Source of the DNA: Eledone cirrhosa
Taxonomy: Eukaryota
Assembly: GCA_964016885.1 (NCBI GenBank)
Contig: OZ024740.1
Location: 335,668,001-335,732,000 of the forward strand
Length of the DNA: 64,000 nt
Reading direction: 5' to 3'
The notes under the pieces are model-generated. The model did not search any database. It had not been told where the DNA came from and was given only the letters and a program-made list of their open reading frames with translations. The translations under genes and the position numbers were made by a program. Below are positions 13,293 to 27,519 of this stretch, in pieces (position 1 is the first letter of the stretch; each line of letters opens with the position of its first letter).

Positions 13293-16200
13293 AAAAAGAG
13301 ATGAAATCGAAAATGCAACTGGTGTCTTATTTTTTTTTTAAATATATATATTTATTTGGTTCCTTTACCGGTTTCACAGTTCTTCTGCTTTTCAAAGGTA
13401 GAGTTGAGATGGAGGGTCTGTGGTTTTTCTCACATCTGGTTGGTCTCTGAATATTACTTGTTTTATATGGAAAAAGTGGCTCGAAATGCCAGGTTTTTCG
13501 AGAAGTAATTTGATTGGTTTGTCAATAATTATAATAAATTTCGCGCCAGTTCGCGTTACAATAGTTCTTCAAATAAGAGAGGGGTGGGGGGTGGGGTTTG
13601 TCACAGGTTGTTTTTTCATATATGAGTGTTTGAATTTCTTTTTACTTGAAAAAAGGAGGCTCACGAAGGTTTTTTGGGGGTTGGTTATAAATGAAATTTG
13701 GCTGTCACGTGAACAAGTTTTCATTACATTTTTGCGCCCTTATTTGGAAAACTATTCTGTACTCTTTATAGTGAATGTTATGACAATGGAGAGATAGTGG
13801 TCAAGAGAAAAGGGATTGGGAGAAATGTTCTGGTTCAGTGAATATGGCCAGCTCGCCGGGGTGTCAGAGTTCAGATTTTCTATTGAAGTGAAGATATGTA
13901 TGTTTATTTGTGTGCTTGTGTGTGTGTATGTGTGTGTGTGTGTGTATGTGTGTATTGGAAGATGATTCTATTAGTAAAGATGGGGGAGGGAGTTGTGTGT
14001 GTGTGTATATGGGTGTTATGTGTGTGTGTCCGAGTATGTTAAGATGGAGAGAATATATATTTTGTGTGTGTGTATATATATGTGTGTAGGAAAGTGGTTC
14101 TATTAGTAGAAATGGGGAGGGAGTTGTAGGTGTGGGGGTTGTTATGTGTGTGTATGGGTGTTATGTGTGTGGGAGTATGGTTAGCATGTTAAGATGAAGA
14201 GAATATATATATATATATATATTGTGTGTGTGTGTATGTTTGTGTGTAGGAAAGTGATTCCTTTAGTAGGAATATTTTTGAATGAACATATTTTCCTTAC
14301 TTTTTCGTGTTTGCTGTTGTATTGCCAGTGCAAACGTATGTTAAGGTTTATTTAGTTCGGGTTTTTATTTTCTAAAGTAGAAGGTGTTATGTGTGTGTGT
14401 GTATGTCATATTGTGGTGTTGACATAATGTATATTAAACCTTATTTAATGTTGGTCTATATTTTTGAATAAACATATTTTCCTTATTTATTCGCATTTGT
14501 TCTGTTGTATTGTTAGCGCAAAGGTAAAATGGGAACACTTGGAATTTGGGTGTCTTATTACTTGCGCAAATGTCTAGATGTGCACTTAGTGGTATCTGTC
14601 TCGTGGTTGGATCTCGTAATTGTTTGCGATGAACTGTCATTCTGTTTCTGAGTGTGAGTTTAGTTTGTCCTATATAATCTTCATTTCATTCTTTACATTT
14701 AATGGCATAAATTAGATTTTTTGATGAGCAAGTGAAGTGATTTTTTACAGTAAAATTTTGTCCTGATTTAAATGTATACGTGTTGCCTTCAATGAGGTGA
14801 GTGCAGGTTCCACAATTAGAGCGACCACATTTTTTGATACTTGGTTGTGGGTTTGTGGTAGGTAATTTGGCATTGGTGAGTAATGTTTTCAGTGATTTTG
14901 GTTGTCTTTTGCTTTTGATTATTTTGTGTGTTTCAAGGGCTTTTTTCATTCTTGGGTTTTGTTTTAGTAGTGGGATGTTATTGTGAATAGTGTTGTAAGC
15001 TTCCGCATTTCTTGGGTTGTGTGTTGAGATATATGATAGAATATTGGACGTACCTTGAATTTGTTTCTGTTTCCGTAATTCATCAATGCCTATTGCTTTA
15101 GCCCTTTCTATTCCATTATTTATTAGTAATAGTGGGTACTCTCTCTCGAGTAGAGTTTCCTTTAATTCTTGAAGTCTTTTATTTCGCGTTTCATAATTGG
15201 AGACAATTGTGCAAATTCTTCTTGCTAGGTTAAAAGGAATGTTCGTCTTCGTGTGCTTTGGATGGTTGGAGGTGAATAGCAGATATTGTTTGGAATCTGT
15301 TGGTTTGTAGTGTATGTCAGTTTCGATATTTGTCTTTTTTTGTGATTAAGATGTCCAGAAATGGGAGTTGATCTTGGCTGTATTCCATTGTGAATTGGAT
15401 GTGGTTATTGATGCCGTTTATTAAGTTTTTGAAATCCTTCAGTTGGTCGAGTGTGTGGGACCAAAGAATAAGGCAATCATCCAAGTAGCGTTTCCAATTC
15501 TCTGATAAATATTTGTGGAAGTTCAATCCGTATTTGGATTTGGACTGTTCATATATCTGGACTTCTAAGTATGCCATGACTAAGTTGGCATAAGTTGGAG
15601 CGGCTTTTGTACCCATCGCAGTCCCCGATATTTGCTTGTAAGTATTGCAATCGAAATCAAAAAAGTTGTTCTGTAGGATGAATTTTAATCCCTCGGTGAT
15701 GAAGCTTTTTTCTATTCTGTCAGGTATCTCATTGGGATATTTCTCTAGCCAGAATCCTATTGCTTCTAGTCCGTATTGGTGTGGGATCGTTGTGTAGAGA
15801 TTCACTACATCGAAAGACACAATAACAGTGTCGTTGTTGACATGTTTGGGGAGGTGGTTTAAGAGGTCCAGATCGTCTCTTACAAGGCTTGGTATGTGTT
15901 TCAGTATTGGTTTCAGTAGTATGTCTATAAAGTTGCTCAATCTGTGTATTTCACATTGTGGGCCCGCTACAATTGGTCTTAATTTAAGGTCTGTGGGGTA
16001 TTGTGTGTTCACGCAGGCTGAGGTGGATTGTTTACAGGCATCGTTGATTATTTTACATTTGTGGATCTTCGGAAGTCCGTAAAGGTTGCTGGTTTTGTAT
16101 TCAAAATTTGTTAGATAATCGCGTTCCTTTTTAGTTAGGTCTTCCTGGTATCGATAAATCAGTGTGTTTAATTTGGTCATTATTTTTGATTGCTGGTAGT

Positions 16201-16755
16201 TTTTTACTCTTTCATAGTAATTAGTATTTTGTAAGAGAGAGAACATAGAATTTTTATATTTTTCAGCCTCCATAATGACAACAGTACTTCCCTTGTCCGC
16301 TTCCTTAATTACAATGTCCGTATTGTTTTTTAGTTCATAGATAATCTCCCATTCCCTTCGACTTGTGTTGGGTTTGGGTTTAGGTTGCGGTAGTTCATGG
16401 TATGGGAAGGTAGCTATGTGGTCACAAAATTTGTCCAGAACTCTGTTTCTACCTTTTGTTGGGTTGTAGCTGCTTTTATTCCGTACAATTGATTCGTCGT
16501 TATTCTCCTTGTCAAAGAATTCCTCTGTGAGACGTAATTTTCTACAGAAGTGTGAGATATCGTCATTTATCTCGTTGGGGTTAAGGTATTGTAGTGTTGG
16601 TGTGAATTTCAGACCTTTGGAGAGAATTTTTACTTGTTGGGCTGAGAGGTTTGTATTTGAAATGTTAATTACTTTCGGTTTTTCAAAATCGGTTTGTGCC
16701 ACCGGGTGTCGTGAGTCCTGTAGCCTTGGTCTAAAAAATGATTTTTCTATATGTA
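13288..16755 (-). mobile_element. Penelope-like element (RT + GIY-YIG, long 3' UTR, HHR-bearing terminus); 5'-truncated and disrupted
   Basis: ORFs 15317-16792 (LSKGLKFTP, ADKG, YGLPKIHK, GTAMG, RYLDD), 14686-14949 (CGRSNCGTC, NLIYAIKC) and 14434-14640; frameshift near 15330 and TGA near 14686. Confidence 0.92.
13362..13398 (-). ncRNA. Minimal hammerhead, U3-A8 core variant (left-arm copy)
   Basis: Minus strand reads CCT TTGAAAA GCAG-AAGAA-CTGT GAAA CCGG TA AAGG. Confidence 0.6.
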
Positions 16756-17089
16756 TATATATATATATATATGTATTAATGCGCGGGGACATAGAAATAA
16801 TCGGGCTGGATACCCAATCGCGCAGTTAAACCACTGGGAGTGAAGAACTCCCAGCCCTTGTCAGGGCATTCTTCTAGGAGAAGGCATCTCAGGAAACTGG
16901 GTTAACTCCGACATGAAACCTGCGACTCAGTAGTTACCGATGATGTTGATGTTTTCTTCTTTTTGGGGTTATAGCTACTGTCGCTCAGAGAGTGGGATTG
17001 GCTCAGTGCACAGTCTTTCCTCACTTTAAAAATATTCGTCACGCACAGGCATTGCACGATTGCATTAATTAATAATTATTAATAGTGTA

Positions 17090-18647
17090 TTATTATTATC
17101 ATTATTATTATTATTATTGTTCTTTGAGTCTCAGTCATTGATGTTAGTTAACTGGAAAGTTTGTTGAAATGAATATCAAGCCACTACCTGCAGCCTCAGA
17201 TATTCAGGACGTATCGGAGGGTTCTTGCTGTTCCCAGCAAGCATGCCTTTTGAAGCGTTCCAAAAAGCGTGAAGGGGCCAATTTTCTTTAACCATCCCTG
17301 GAAACTTTTTGAGATAGTCCCTAGTGCGCCTATGACAATCGGGATCACTTTGACTTCATGGCAGTTCCAAATCCTTTTTACCTCCCACTTTAAGTCATGG
17401 TATCGGTTAATTTTCTCCCTCTCCTTCTCTTGCACTCTCGTGTCGAATGGGAAGGCCACATCCACAATCAGGCACGATCTTTTTTCTTTGTCCACAACCA
17501 CCAGGTCAGGTCTATTGTGTTCGAGTTTCTTGTCCGTCTGTATCCTAAAATCCCACAGCACCTTCACCTGATCGTTTTCTATCACCGACTCTGGCTTATT
17601 CTCATACCACTTCTCAGAATGTGGTAAATTGTTTACTTTGCATAGGTGCCAGTGGATCACCCTGCCCATCACATCATGTCTCCAGCCCTTATAGTGAGTC
17701 TGGGCTAGGTGTTTACACTCGGATACAATGTGAGCCACAGTCTCCTCTCTCTCTCCACAGATCATGCACAGTGGGCTAGCCTCCTACTTGTAAATATGGT
17801 GTTTCAACCACTTCGTTTTGAGGGCCTGCTCCTGCGCAGCCATTAATATTCCTTCTGTAGCCTTTTTAAGGTCTCCTCTTTTCAACCAGTTCCATGTCTG
17901 TGGATCTCTAAATTCAGTTTTCTCAAAGAAGGTACTATGAAGGGATTTTTCCTGAAGGCTGCTCTTTCTCCTTGGTGTTATTTCCTCCTTGGACATCCCC
18001 TGGCCTATTGTCCCCTCCTTCAGTACAGTTCTGAGCATTGCCTCCTTACTATCAGTCACGTATTTGTGTAGGTTGTTTTTCTCAATCTGAACACAGTCCT
18101 CTATGCTGATAAGACCTCTTCCACCTTCAGATCTCCTTAAGTAGAGTCTATCGACATCACTCCTCTTGTGGAACATGTTGTAGATAGTCAATAGCTTCCT
18201 AGTCTTCCTATCCATTTCTTTTTGTTCAGCAACATTCCATCTCAGAATTCCCGCACTGTACCTAATAATAGACACAGCTCGAGAATTTACTGCACTTATG
18301 GCATTCCTACTGTTCAGATGTGACTTTAATACGCTCCTTACTCTCCGAATGTATTCAGTTCTTATCAATTCCTTCATTTTTTTGTTCTTGATGTCATCAG
18401 CCTCCAGAACACCCAAATACTTGTATCCTTCTTCAGAGTCAATTTCCTTTATCAGCTCACCTGTTGGTACCTGGATTCCGTTACTTCTGCTCAACTTACC
18501 CCTCCTCATCACAATGACTCCACACTTACTAATACCAAATTGCATACATATATCATTGCTAAAAATACGGACAGTGTCAACAAGCACATCCAACTCCTTC
18601 TCACTCTTCCCGAAGAGCTTAAGATCGTCCATGAAGAGGAGGTGATT
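17090..18647 (-). mobile_element. 5'-truncated R4/Dong-type RLE LINE (family B) flanked by (TTA)n
   Basis: ORFs 17784-18632 and 17196-17765 (MDDLKL, CCHC knuckle, RHD, RPDLVVVD); highly similar to the 3' half of 58028-61420; one nonsense codon near 17785. Confidence 0.93.
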
Positions 18648-18829
18648 TATTATTATTGTTACTATTATTATTACTTTTTTTTTTTTTTTTTTTCAAAATT
18701 CAATGATGTTCCAAAACAACATAAAATAGATAATTGGCAATAAAGATTCTGGAACCAAAAAGATAATTGGTAATAAAGGCAGGGGCCCAGGTTATCACAG
18801 CCTGGGCCCGCTCGTCATCGTGCCACTGT

Positions 18830-21380
18830 AATAGAGCCAAACAAGGCTTTTAGTCTTGGCTGCTGGAACGTACGGACGCTGCTTGACAGAGATTCCTTGG
18901 AGCGTTCTGAACGAAGGACCGCTCTTGTGGCAAAGGAGCTTCGACGTTACGATCTTAACATCGTGGCTTTATCTGAGACGAGGTTAGCTGGAGATGGCCA
19001 TCTTACAGAATTTTGTGGAGAATATACATTCTTCTGGAAAGGAAGAAATGAAGGAACCAGAAGAGAGGCTGGGGTAGCATTTGCTGTTAAGACTGTTCTT
19101 GTGAATAAATTAGAAGAATTCTCAGTAGGGATTAGTGAGCGTCTTATGTCCATGAGAATTCCGCTGGACAAAGGAAGATATGCGACCCTGGTGAGTGTGT
19201 ATGCTCCAACTATGAATTCTGTCGATGAAGAAAAAGTGTCCTTTTACCATGCCTTGGATGGTGTTTTAAGAAATATCCCTCAGGCAGACAAAGTCATCGT
19301 GCTTGGTGACTTTCTTTAATGCTAGAGTGGGAGGGATTTTAACACATGGAATGTAATCGGAAGGCATGGGATGGGAAAGTGTAACAACAATGGTATGTTC
19401 CTGCTGCAGATGTGTGAGGAGCTGGATCTGTGTGTCACCCAACCATGTTCCAACAAAAGAACAAATTCAAGACCACATGGATGCATCCTGCATCTAAGGA
19501 ATGGCATCTTTTGGACTACGTCCTAGTCAGGATGCGTGACAGACAGGATGCGCAGTGTGCTCGTGCTCTTTGTGGAGCTGAGTGCTGGACGGACCACCGC
19601 CTGGTACGCGCAAAAGTGAAACTAATCACTAAACGTAAAATCCGGGCTCCTGGTCTTGCCCTGACCAGAAGATTGAATGCTGCTCGTCTTAAGGATAAAA
19701 ATGTGAAGAGGACATTGCAAGAAGAGATGCAGGTTTCAGATCATGGTGAGGATTGGCCGACCCTTAAATAGTCGGTTTATTGTGTAGGCAGGCGTGTTCT
19801 GGGATTGGTGCAGAGAAAACATCAGGACTGATTTAATGAGAATGATGTACATATAGAAGACTTGTTGGCTGATAAGAGGTGTGATCTGACACGCTACTTC
19901 ACGGCAAAACCACAGGAGAAGAATACGTTGCATGAGGAACTCAAGGATGTGAAATCACGTGTTAGGCGGAGTCTTTCTCAGATGAAGGATCAGTGGTGGA
20001 GTGAGAAGGCTGATGAGATACAAACTGCGTCAGATTCCAATAACACAAATCTGTTGTACAGTCTCTTGCGTGAAGTTTATGGACCGTCTTCTTCTCTGGT
20101 GACACCGTTTAGCAGCAAGGATGGCAAAGAACTTCTTCGTGACTCACAAGGAATTCTACGAAGGTGGCGAGAGCACTTTGATGATCTTTTGAATCAGCCG
20201 TCTGTCGTCAATGAAGATTTCCTCAATCTCATTCCAGAAAGTCCTGTGAAAGTAGCTCTCGCAGAACCTCCGACGCTGGTGGAGGTTGCAGTGGCTATCT
20301 GGAAGCTGAACAGTGGAAGGTCTCCAGGTATGGATGGCATACATGCTGAACTCCTACAATATGGTGGTGAGAGACTCCTGCAACATCTTCACTCTTTGTT
20401 TGGCAGGATATGGTCCAATGAATCCGTACCTGAGGACTGGAGAGATGCAGTAATGGTGGTCTTGTACAAGGGAAATGGTAACAGGAATGATTGTGAGAAC
20501 TACAGAGGTATATCATTGCTTTCTGTCGTAAGGAAAGTTTTATGTAGGGTGCTTCTGGACCGTCTGCTGATACACATTGCAGATTGTGTTCTTCCTGAAA
20601 GTCAATCTGGTTTTCGTGCTGGAGGCGGCACTACTGATATGGTCTTCTCAGCTAGACAGCTCCAGGAGAAGTGTATGAAACAAGGTTTGGATCTGTATCA
20701 GGTTTTTGTCGATCTGACAAAAGCTTTCGATACTTTTAACAGAAATCCATTATGGAAGGTTCTCCAGAAACTTGGTTGCCCTGATAAGTTCTTTTCTTTA
20801 GTTACGTCTTTCCATGACGACATGAAGGCTTGGGTTAATGTCGGAGGTAACATGTCGGAGCCTATCTCAGTAAAAAATGGAGTGAAACAGGGGGATATTC
20901 CAGCACCGACCCTGTTTGCCATATGCTTTACAATGGTTTTCTGTATTGCATTCAGGAATTGCGAGCATGGTGTTTACATCCGATATCGAACCTCAGGCAG
21001 CATATTTAACATCAGGCGCTTTGCTGCAAAGACAAAAATGTTTACATCAATCATAAGAGACCTCTTGTATGCAGATGATTGCGATCTTGTAGCGCACACA
21101 GAGAGTGATATGCAGCACATTTTGAATGCATTTTCTGACGCTTGCACTGCCCTAGGATTGACTGTGAGTCTCAAGAAAACCGTCGTCATGTACCAACCTG
21201 CCCCTGATAAGCAGTACAGTGAACCAAATATCTATGTGTATGGTAAACGACTTGGAGTGGTTGATCAGTTTATCTACCTGGGAAGCTCTGTCAATCGATA
21301 CAGATTATTATTATTATTATTGTTATTAATTTTTTTTTTCTCGTGCAATGGCCATACTCGATAACAAGGGGGCAGCCATC
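18830..21380 (+). mobile_element. RTE/BovB-like LINE (APE + RT), frameshifted, with internal 3' deletion
   Basis: GCWNVRTL, VALSETR, SVYAPT, VLGDF, HLLDYV, TDH (APE); SPGMDGI, NYRGISLLS, QSGFR, FVDLTKAFD, GVKQGD, LLYADD, FIYLGS (RT); 3' terminus at 21341-21380. Confidence 0.92.
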
Positions 21381-21480
<100 letters not shown>

Positions 21481-21495
21481 ATATGTATGCATATA

Positions 21496-21875
21496 CAGTG
21501 GAACCTCGATTCACGAACTTAATTAGATTCTGAAAGCCTTTCGTAACACGAAATTTTCGTGAACCGAATCAATTTTCCCACACGAAATGTTGAATGAGAA
21601 ATACAGTGAAAGAGAGATAGATAGAGAGCGAGATAGAGAGAGTGAGAGAGAGAGAGGGGACAAAGAGAGAGAGGGAGGGGGAGAGAGAGACTAAGTGTGA
21701 ATATCAGGTACATCACCAAAGCACCTAATTACACAGCAAGTGACATTTTGCCGTCAAAATTCCAAGCTTGTCGCCAAAATTTGTTTCCGGCTTGCGAGTT
21801 CGTTATTCGAGACACCGTTCTTGAACCGAGACTTTTCATGTTCGGAAACATTGCTCGTGAAACAAGGTTCCACTG
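21496..21875. mobile_element. Tigger/pogo-like MITE
   Basis: TIRs CAGTGGAACCTCGATTCACGA and TCGTGAAACAAGGTTCCACTG; TA at left flank, TG at right. Confidence 0.85.
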
Positions 21876-21889
21876 TGTATATATATATA

Positions 21890-22503
21890 TAAACAAGGGA
21901 AGCAATTTTCGAGTTATGAATTTCTCGGGATAGAAGAGTGTGTATCTTCGATTCTAGTCGTATTTGTTAACTGGAAAAAACATCAAGAGGAATATGAATG
22001 AGTTGAGTGAAGATACCGTACAAGGATATGGTCCGAACGTGGAAAAGCCGAACTCCCACTGTCATCGCCTCCATATCGCTCGGCCTCCCCACCTCAGCAA
22101 ATGGGGTCCCACGTGCTGGCCTCCCCGGTGGACAGTATGGAGAAGGAGTTTCCCCGTGTGTTCGCCAACCCCGGTGGACAGTATGGAGAAGGCGTTTCCC
22201 CACTATTTGAGAAAGTCTGAATAAGAGAAAATATACAAAGCAGAATAAAAATTAAATTCTTCAACGTTCATGTGCCGCTGTTTCGTTATGGGACTGAAAT
22301 TTGTTGGTTACCTCGAAAAAGATGGTTAACAGTACCAATGGATTTAGTGCACGTCAGTGACTCTGTATGTGAAACGCTCCGAATACGTGAATATAATTGA
22401 TTTATACGAAATCCAACGAACTGGAGACTCGGGGGTAGATCTTGAGCAAGATAGTTGGATAGCATCCATGATCTTGGCTGGTCTCACTAGAGGAATAAGT
22501 GGG
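21890..22503 (+). mobile_element. Old RTE-like LINE 3' remnant ending in (AGA)n, with an internal ~32-bp direct repeat
   Basis: Decayed frame VPLFRYGTEICWL; ccccggtggacagtatggagaagg-gtttccc occurs twice (~22123 and ~22169). Confidence 0.4.
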
Positions 22504-22627
22504 AGAAGAAGAAGAAGAAGAAGAAGAAGAAGAAGAAGAAGAAGAAGAAGAAGAAGAAGAAGAAGAAGAAGAAGAAGAAGAAGAAGAAGAAGAAGAAGAA
22601 GAAGAAGAAGAAGAAGAAGAAGAAGAA
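22504..22627. repeat. (AGA)n microsatellite
   Basis: Direct inspection. Confidence 0.95.
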
Positions 22628-23130
22628 TTCGTAACATAGGAACTCTCCCATTTCGCTCCATGATGTTGCATATTAGTGTGCTGGTATATGCCGATCTGTA
22701 GTTGACTATTAGGTGTTTGCATTTAGAATTGGAGCTCTCAGAGCTCCAATTTTAATTTTTAATTTCTGCCTGACCAACAATCGCTCTGTATAATCAGCTC
22801 CTGATTATTTACTAGAATTCTATAAGAATATAACATCATTAATCTCAGTAGACAGGAGGGTTAGTTAGCCTTGATAAGCTTCAACAAAAACGAAACAAGG
22901 CCTTGTCGGCTTATCTCCCCTGTTTGCTGAGATTAAAGTAAGTGAATTTGTCACTACTCTAAAACAATAGCATACGGTCTTCAAAATGCTTTTAATTAAG
23001 CATAAAGTGTATTGCAAAATACATTATATATACATCCATATATATATATGTATACCTATCTATCTATCTATCTCTTTCTCTTTCCCTCTTTTTCTCTCTC
23101 CCTCTCTCTCGCTTTCTCTTTCTCATTCTC

Positions 23131-23162
<32 letters not shown>

Positions 23163-25971
23163 CATATATATATACATGTATACTTACGTGCATGTATACA
23201 TATATACATGAAAACATACATGAATAGATACATATATGCATACATACATAAACAGGAAGGTATGGATGGATGAATTTGTGGGTGAATGCAGAGCTAGGTA
23301 AAATAATGATGTGGCTAGGGTTTTGGACAATCTATGCATTGGTCATCAGCCCAAACTGTCTGCTGGCATTTCGTTATCCTTTTGCGCAGAGCATTCTATT
23401 TAACGTTGCCTCAGATCCCGTCGCGCAACCTAATTTATTTGGAATTGTTCTGCCTCAGAACAAATTCAACTAATCGTTCCAGTCTATATTTCAATTGATT
23501 TCAGTCTCTGGCTTTGATGACAAGCTGTCAGGCAATGGCTGCTCTGCAGTATCCTATTACACGTTGAACTCATCAAGAGTTGGTCTCCACGTTTAGGTGA
23601 ATATATTTATCAGCCTCAAGAGACTACTACCATATTTTTGTATATACATTGAAGATAAAGACAGATATATGAGTAGTATTGATGCATGTGAGGGGGAGGA
23701 CATACATGTGATCTATAAAGGATTCTTCATCTCTATAAAACTTGATTAATGACTTGTAATATAATCCTCGCCATATGAAGAATATTGGGTCATTTTGAGT
23801 TAGATGTAACTTTAAAACACACACCAGAAAATCAATAGTTCACTACCAATATGATTCTTACTAGTTTGAAGTGTTTCGCAGTGGTTATAGAGTTTATATT
23901 TTGTCTAGAGTAGTTTTATATATTTATACAAATTTATTCTATATATATATATTCTTTTAAATATTTTTCCGAGCGTAGTATTATTTATCTAATTAGAATA
24001 ACGTTACATATATTGGCTAATGTTATTTCTAAAATGTTCTTGATTTTAGCATTTCTACTTTCTCTTATGCATATATAGCTTCTAGCTCTTTCAGTGATAT
24101 TCTTTCAAACGTTGCTGAGATTTCAGTGTCGTTGTGGCTCCAAGGAACGCAAGGTATTTTGTGTATCGTGAGACAGTTTCAGAATCCTTTTGTTCTATAT
24201 GAGAAGTACCACCTGCTCCTCGTTCTGAAATAACCTCCTGTGAATTTTGTTTTTCAGATAGTATCACTTGTTACTATGAAAAATTTATTTATTAGTTGAG
24301 AGAAATGAGTTGGTTTTGCTTTTGCTTTAGAGTAATAACTATTTCTGTAAATGCTATGCACAATGTCCAGCCTGGGGGCTAAGGTCTCTATTTAGCAGTA
24401 TTTTACCATGGCATGCCTACAGACAAACAGTTGATGCCATTCTTAATATGCCCTTGGGGAGCTCCCCACCTACATGAAAGATGTCTAGAATAATTTTATC
24501 TTGATATTTATCAATATATTTGCAGGTATAGCCGAAGCAACTTTCACGTTCATTTCTCTCATATATAACCTATATAAAGGTAAGATAGTTCATGTCGATC
24601 ACGCACAGTTTAAAATATTTCAACAATATGCAGATATTTTTCAATGCTTGTTATTAATGATAACTTATAACTTTGAACATTTCTCCAAGCACAAAAGATT
24701 CAAAACCGAAATATCACACGAAACGAAGAATGTAATTGAAGAGCTTCCAGATAGACTTTCCATACGTGAGATCCAATACCAAGTGTAGACAGAATATATA
24801 TTCATATTGAATTTGCTAATGGTAAAGGAAAACATAAATAGCTTTTAGTATCTATCATAAATATTTCATTTCGTTACTAAATAATGGATATATGAATGAA
24901 AACTTGGCTGAGTTGTTATGTTCGCTTCGTAATCACAAGATTCTAGTTTCGCTTCCAGACTGTAGATTTTTTTTTCTATATTCTCGTGTCACCTGAACTA
25001 TGTGGATAAAAGTAGGTGGACGTCACATATACTCTACCTGTATTTCAAAGGTCCAGCTTCGTCAAGGTGTGTTACGTTGATTTAGTTTGAGAATTACTTT
25101 AAAGTTTCATGTATCTCTGAAATAATCAGTCCCTTACACGATCATTTAATGAGTAGAATGTTCAATTGATAGAACAACTAAATGTTCACCATCGACACTG
25201 ACGTAAGCCCCATCAAATAAACTAGTTTAGCTATATCTTTCCTAATAAAGACGTGGAATTACGCTGGACAATTCATAATGTTAAGCGAAAACTCGTGAAT
25301 CGTAGTCATCTCCGCATCAACATCTAAATACCGTGGAACTTCGAGATAGTCACTAGATAGTACTGTTTATGACTAATATCTCCCTCAAATCAAACTCTAC
25401 CGTCATAAATATACGAAGGTCTGTTGAACAATTATTATTTGATGTCCAATTAAATGGGAAGATAAATATGACTGGAGTGAATTCGATCATACATATGTGC
25501 TTGGGCTAAGCAACAATAGCAACAACAAACTATAATAATGAAGATTGGAACAGCATTGCTGTATTAAATATGAGAATAATATTGGAATAATTCATGTTAA
25601 CATTGTAATAGTTATCACCTACATCATACACCTAATATTTTGTAAATAATCTCCTGCGATATCATGTGACAATATAGAGAAAACAAATTTCCATTGATAT
25701 GTTATCGTGTAAGGTGTTTCTGCAACATTTATGACATAGTTGCACTGCATAATATTCTGAATACTAGAAATAATATTCAGGTGACAGTTTTTCTATAGTT
25801 ACCTGAAACTACACTGACGTTACAATTCTTTCGCCCTTTGGATGTGTAAAGCAATCAGTTGTTATTTTCTTTGAGGTGATATCATTAGCTATTTAACTGT
25901 ACCGAATAACCAGGTCTTGCGATAGGTTTTATGCCAAGTTATATCTACCTTTCTGTTATATATATATATAT

Positions 25972-26038
<67 letters not shown>

Positions 26039-26050
26039 TGTATATATATG

Positions 26051-26104
<54 letters not shown>

Positions 26105-26570
26105 GTATACGTGGATCGGAAGTTGCGCACCAATAAATTAACATTTTGCCAGATCTTCATATTTGTTTGTAAGTAAATATGAAATATTCATATAGTGATG
26201 GATATGGAGGTCCGTGGCGTTTGCGCCACCCTTTATATATATGCAAGGTGGTGTACATGTATATATATATATATATATATTGGAAAATGTGAGAGATCCT
26301 TGGTGTATTTAGGTATATTTGAAAGACGAAAAGAATGACTTCCCTTTTAGTTGGTATTCCGTAACAACTTAATTTTCACAATCGCAACCGACGAATGTGA
26401 GAAAGTTCTTCAGGAAGTTAACCAGGATTTTTAAAAATCTTTTCCACCGAAGTTAACGAAGGACTTATTAGATCTATGATAGATAGCAAAATTATAAAAT
26501 TATAAAATTGCAAAATTATTAGATTAAATTGTTCACTACAAGTGAAGTCATTCTTTTCTATTGAAAGCAA

Positions 26571-26642
<72 letters not shown>

Positions 26643-26644
<2 letters not shown>

Positions 26645-26990
26645 ATAAACGTTTGTATATGTATAATAAAGCCAAAACAATGCAGGTATGGACATAGAAT
26701 AAAGAATGCAAATGCAAAAGATATTATTGACAATTAGTCGTTTACTTTGATTTGGCAAGCTATTTAGAACACTGCTTTAACCGCTTTACTTCCCTCCGAA
26801 GAAGAGATATTATCTCGAAAATTAAGGACATTTAAATAAATCTAAGTTAAACGACTAATTGTCAACAATATCTTTTGCATTTGCATTCTTTATTCTATGT
26901 CCATACCTGCATTGTTTTGGCTTTATTATACATATACAAATGTTTATACTTCATTACACAATGCTTCAAGTGAACTATAACCTCCTCCCA
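26643..26990 (+). mobile_element. Fold-back mini-element in (TA)n with a degenerate HHR in the spacer
   Basis: ~100-bp arms 26643-26743 and 26847-26949; spacer 26793-26827 reads CCT CCGAAGA A GAGAT-ATT-ATCTC GAAA AT TA AGG. Confidence 0.6.
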
Positions 26991-27519
26991 TATATATATA
27001 TATATATATTGGTTTTAGTTTCCTAACACCTCCACAAATATACTGACATATTCAATATTATAAATTTCGAAGACTTTGCCATCTATGTGATTTCTACAAA
27101 TACAATATACGTATTTGGCATTTATTAATTTAAGGGAATTTAGCTGAAAGAACACGCAAAGTTAGACAGCGTTCACTAAATGGTTGGTTTTGTTTCTAAA
27201 AAGAGCACCCCTGCTATCTTAAATAAAGATGGGTAGATTTGACAATGTAATCACAGATATACAGCATGACGGGATCGTCACGATTGGAATATCTTGCATA
27301 ATAAATCAGCTGAACGAGGCAGATTTATTAAACAAAATTAACGGCAATAATAACCACACACACCTACACACTAGTGAGCATCCTGGAGATAGGAGTGTCT
27401 GCCAAAAGATGTATAGAAATCTGGTGTGCTTAAAATGACACTATCTAAAGTAAACATTGATGGTCATACTCGAACGCAATTAGATATCCATCAATTATGT
27501 TTGTATGTATTATTTTATT

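Larger units (their letters stand above)
13288..19096. repeat. Left arm of large inverted duplication
   Basis: Reverse complement of 29483-35517 over its whole length; the ORF translations of the two arms are nearly identical. Confidence 0.95.

Noticed and set aside
14684-14690. In-frame TGA at a CxxC cysteine of the PLE endonuclease (possible selenocysteine)
   Set aside because: The duplicate copy has TGC and no SECIS was recognised; a point mutation is the simplest explanation
22123-22200. Two ~32-bp direct repeats with a short spacer (CRISPR-like)
   Set aside because: Only two units, eukaryotic context and no cas genes; a local tandem duplication
26366-26419. Minus-strand CTGAAGA...GAAA ATTA AGTT, HHR-like
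   Set aside because: An 8-nt unpaired linker precedes helix II and the helix I register is off; too weak to call
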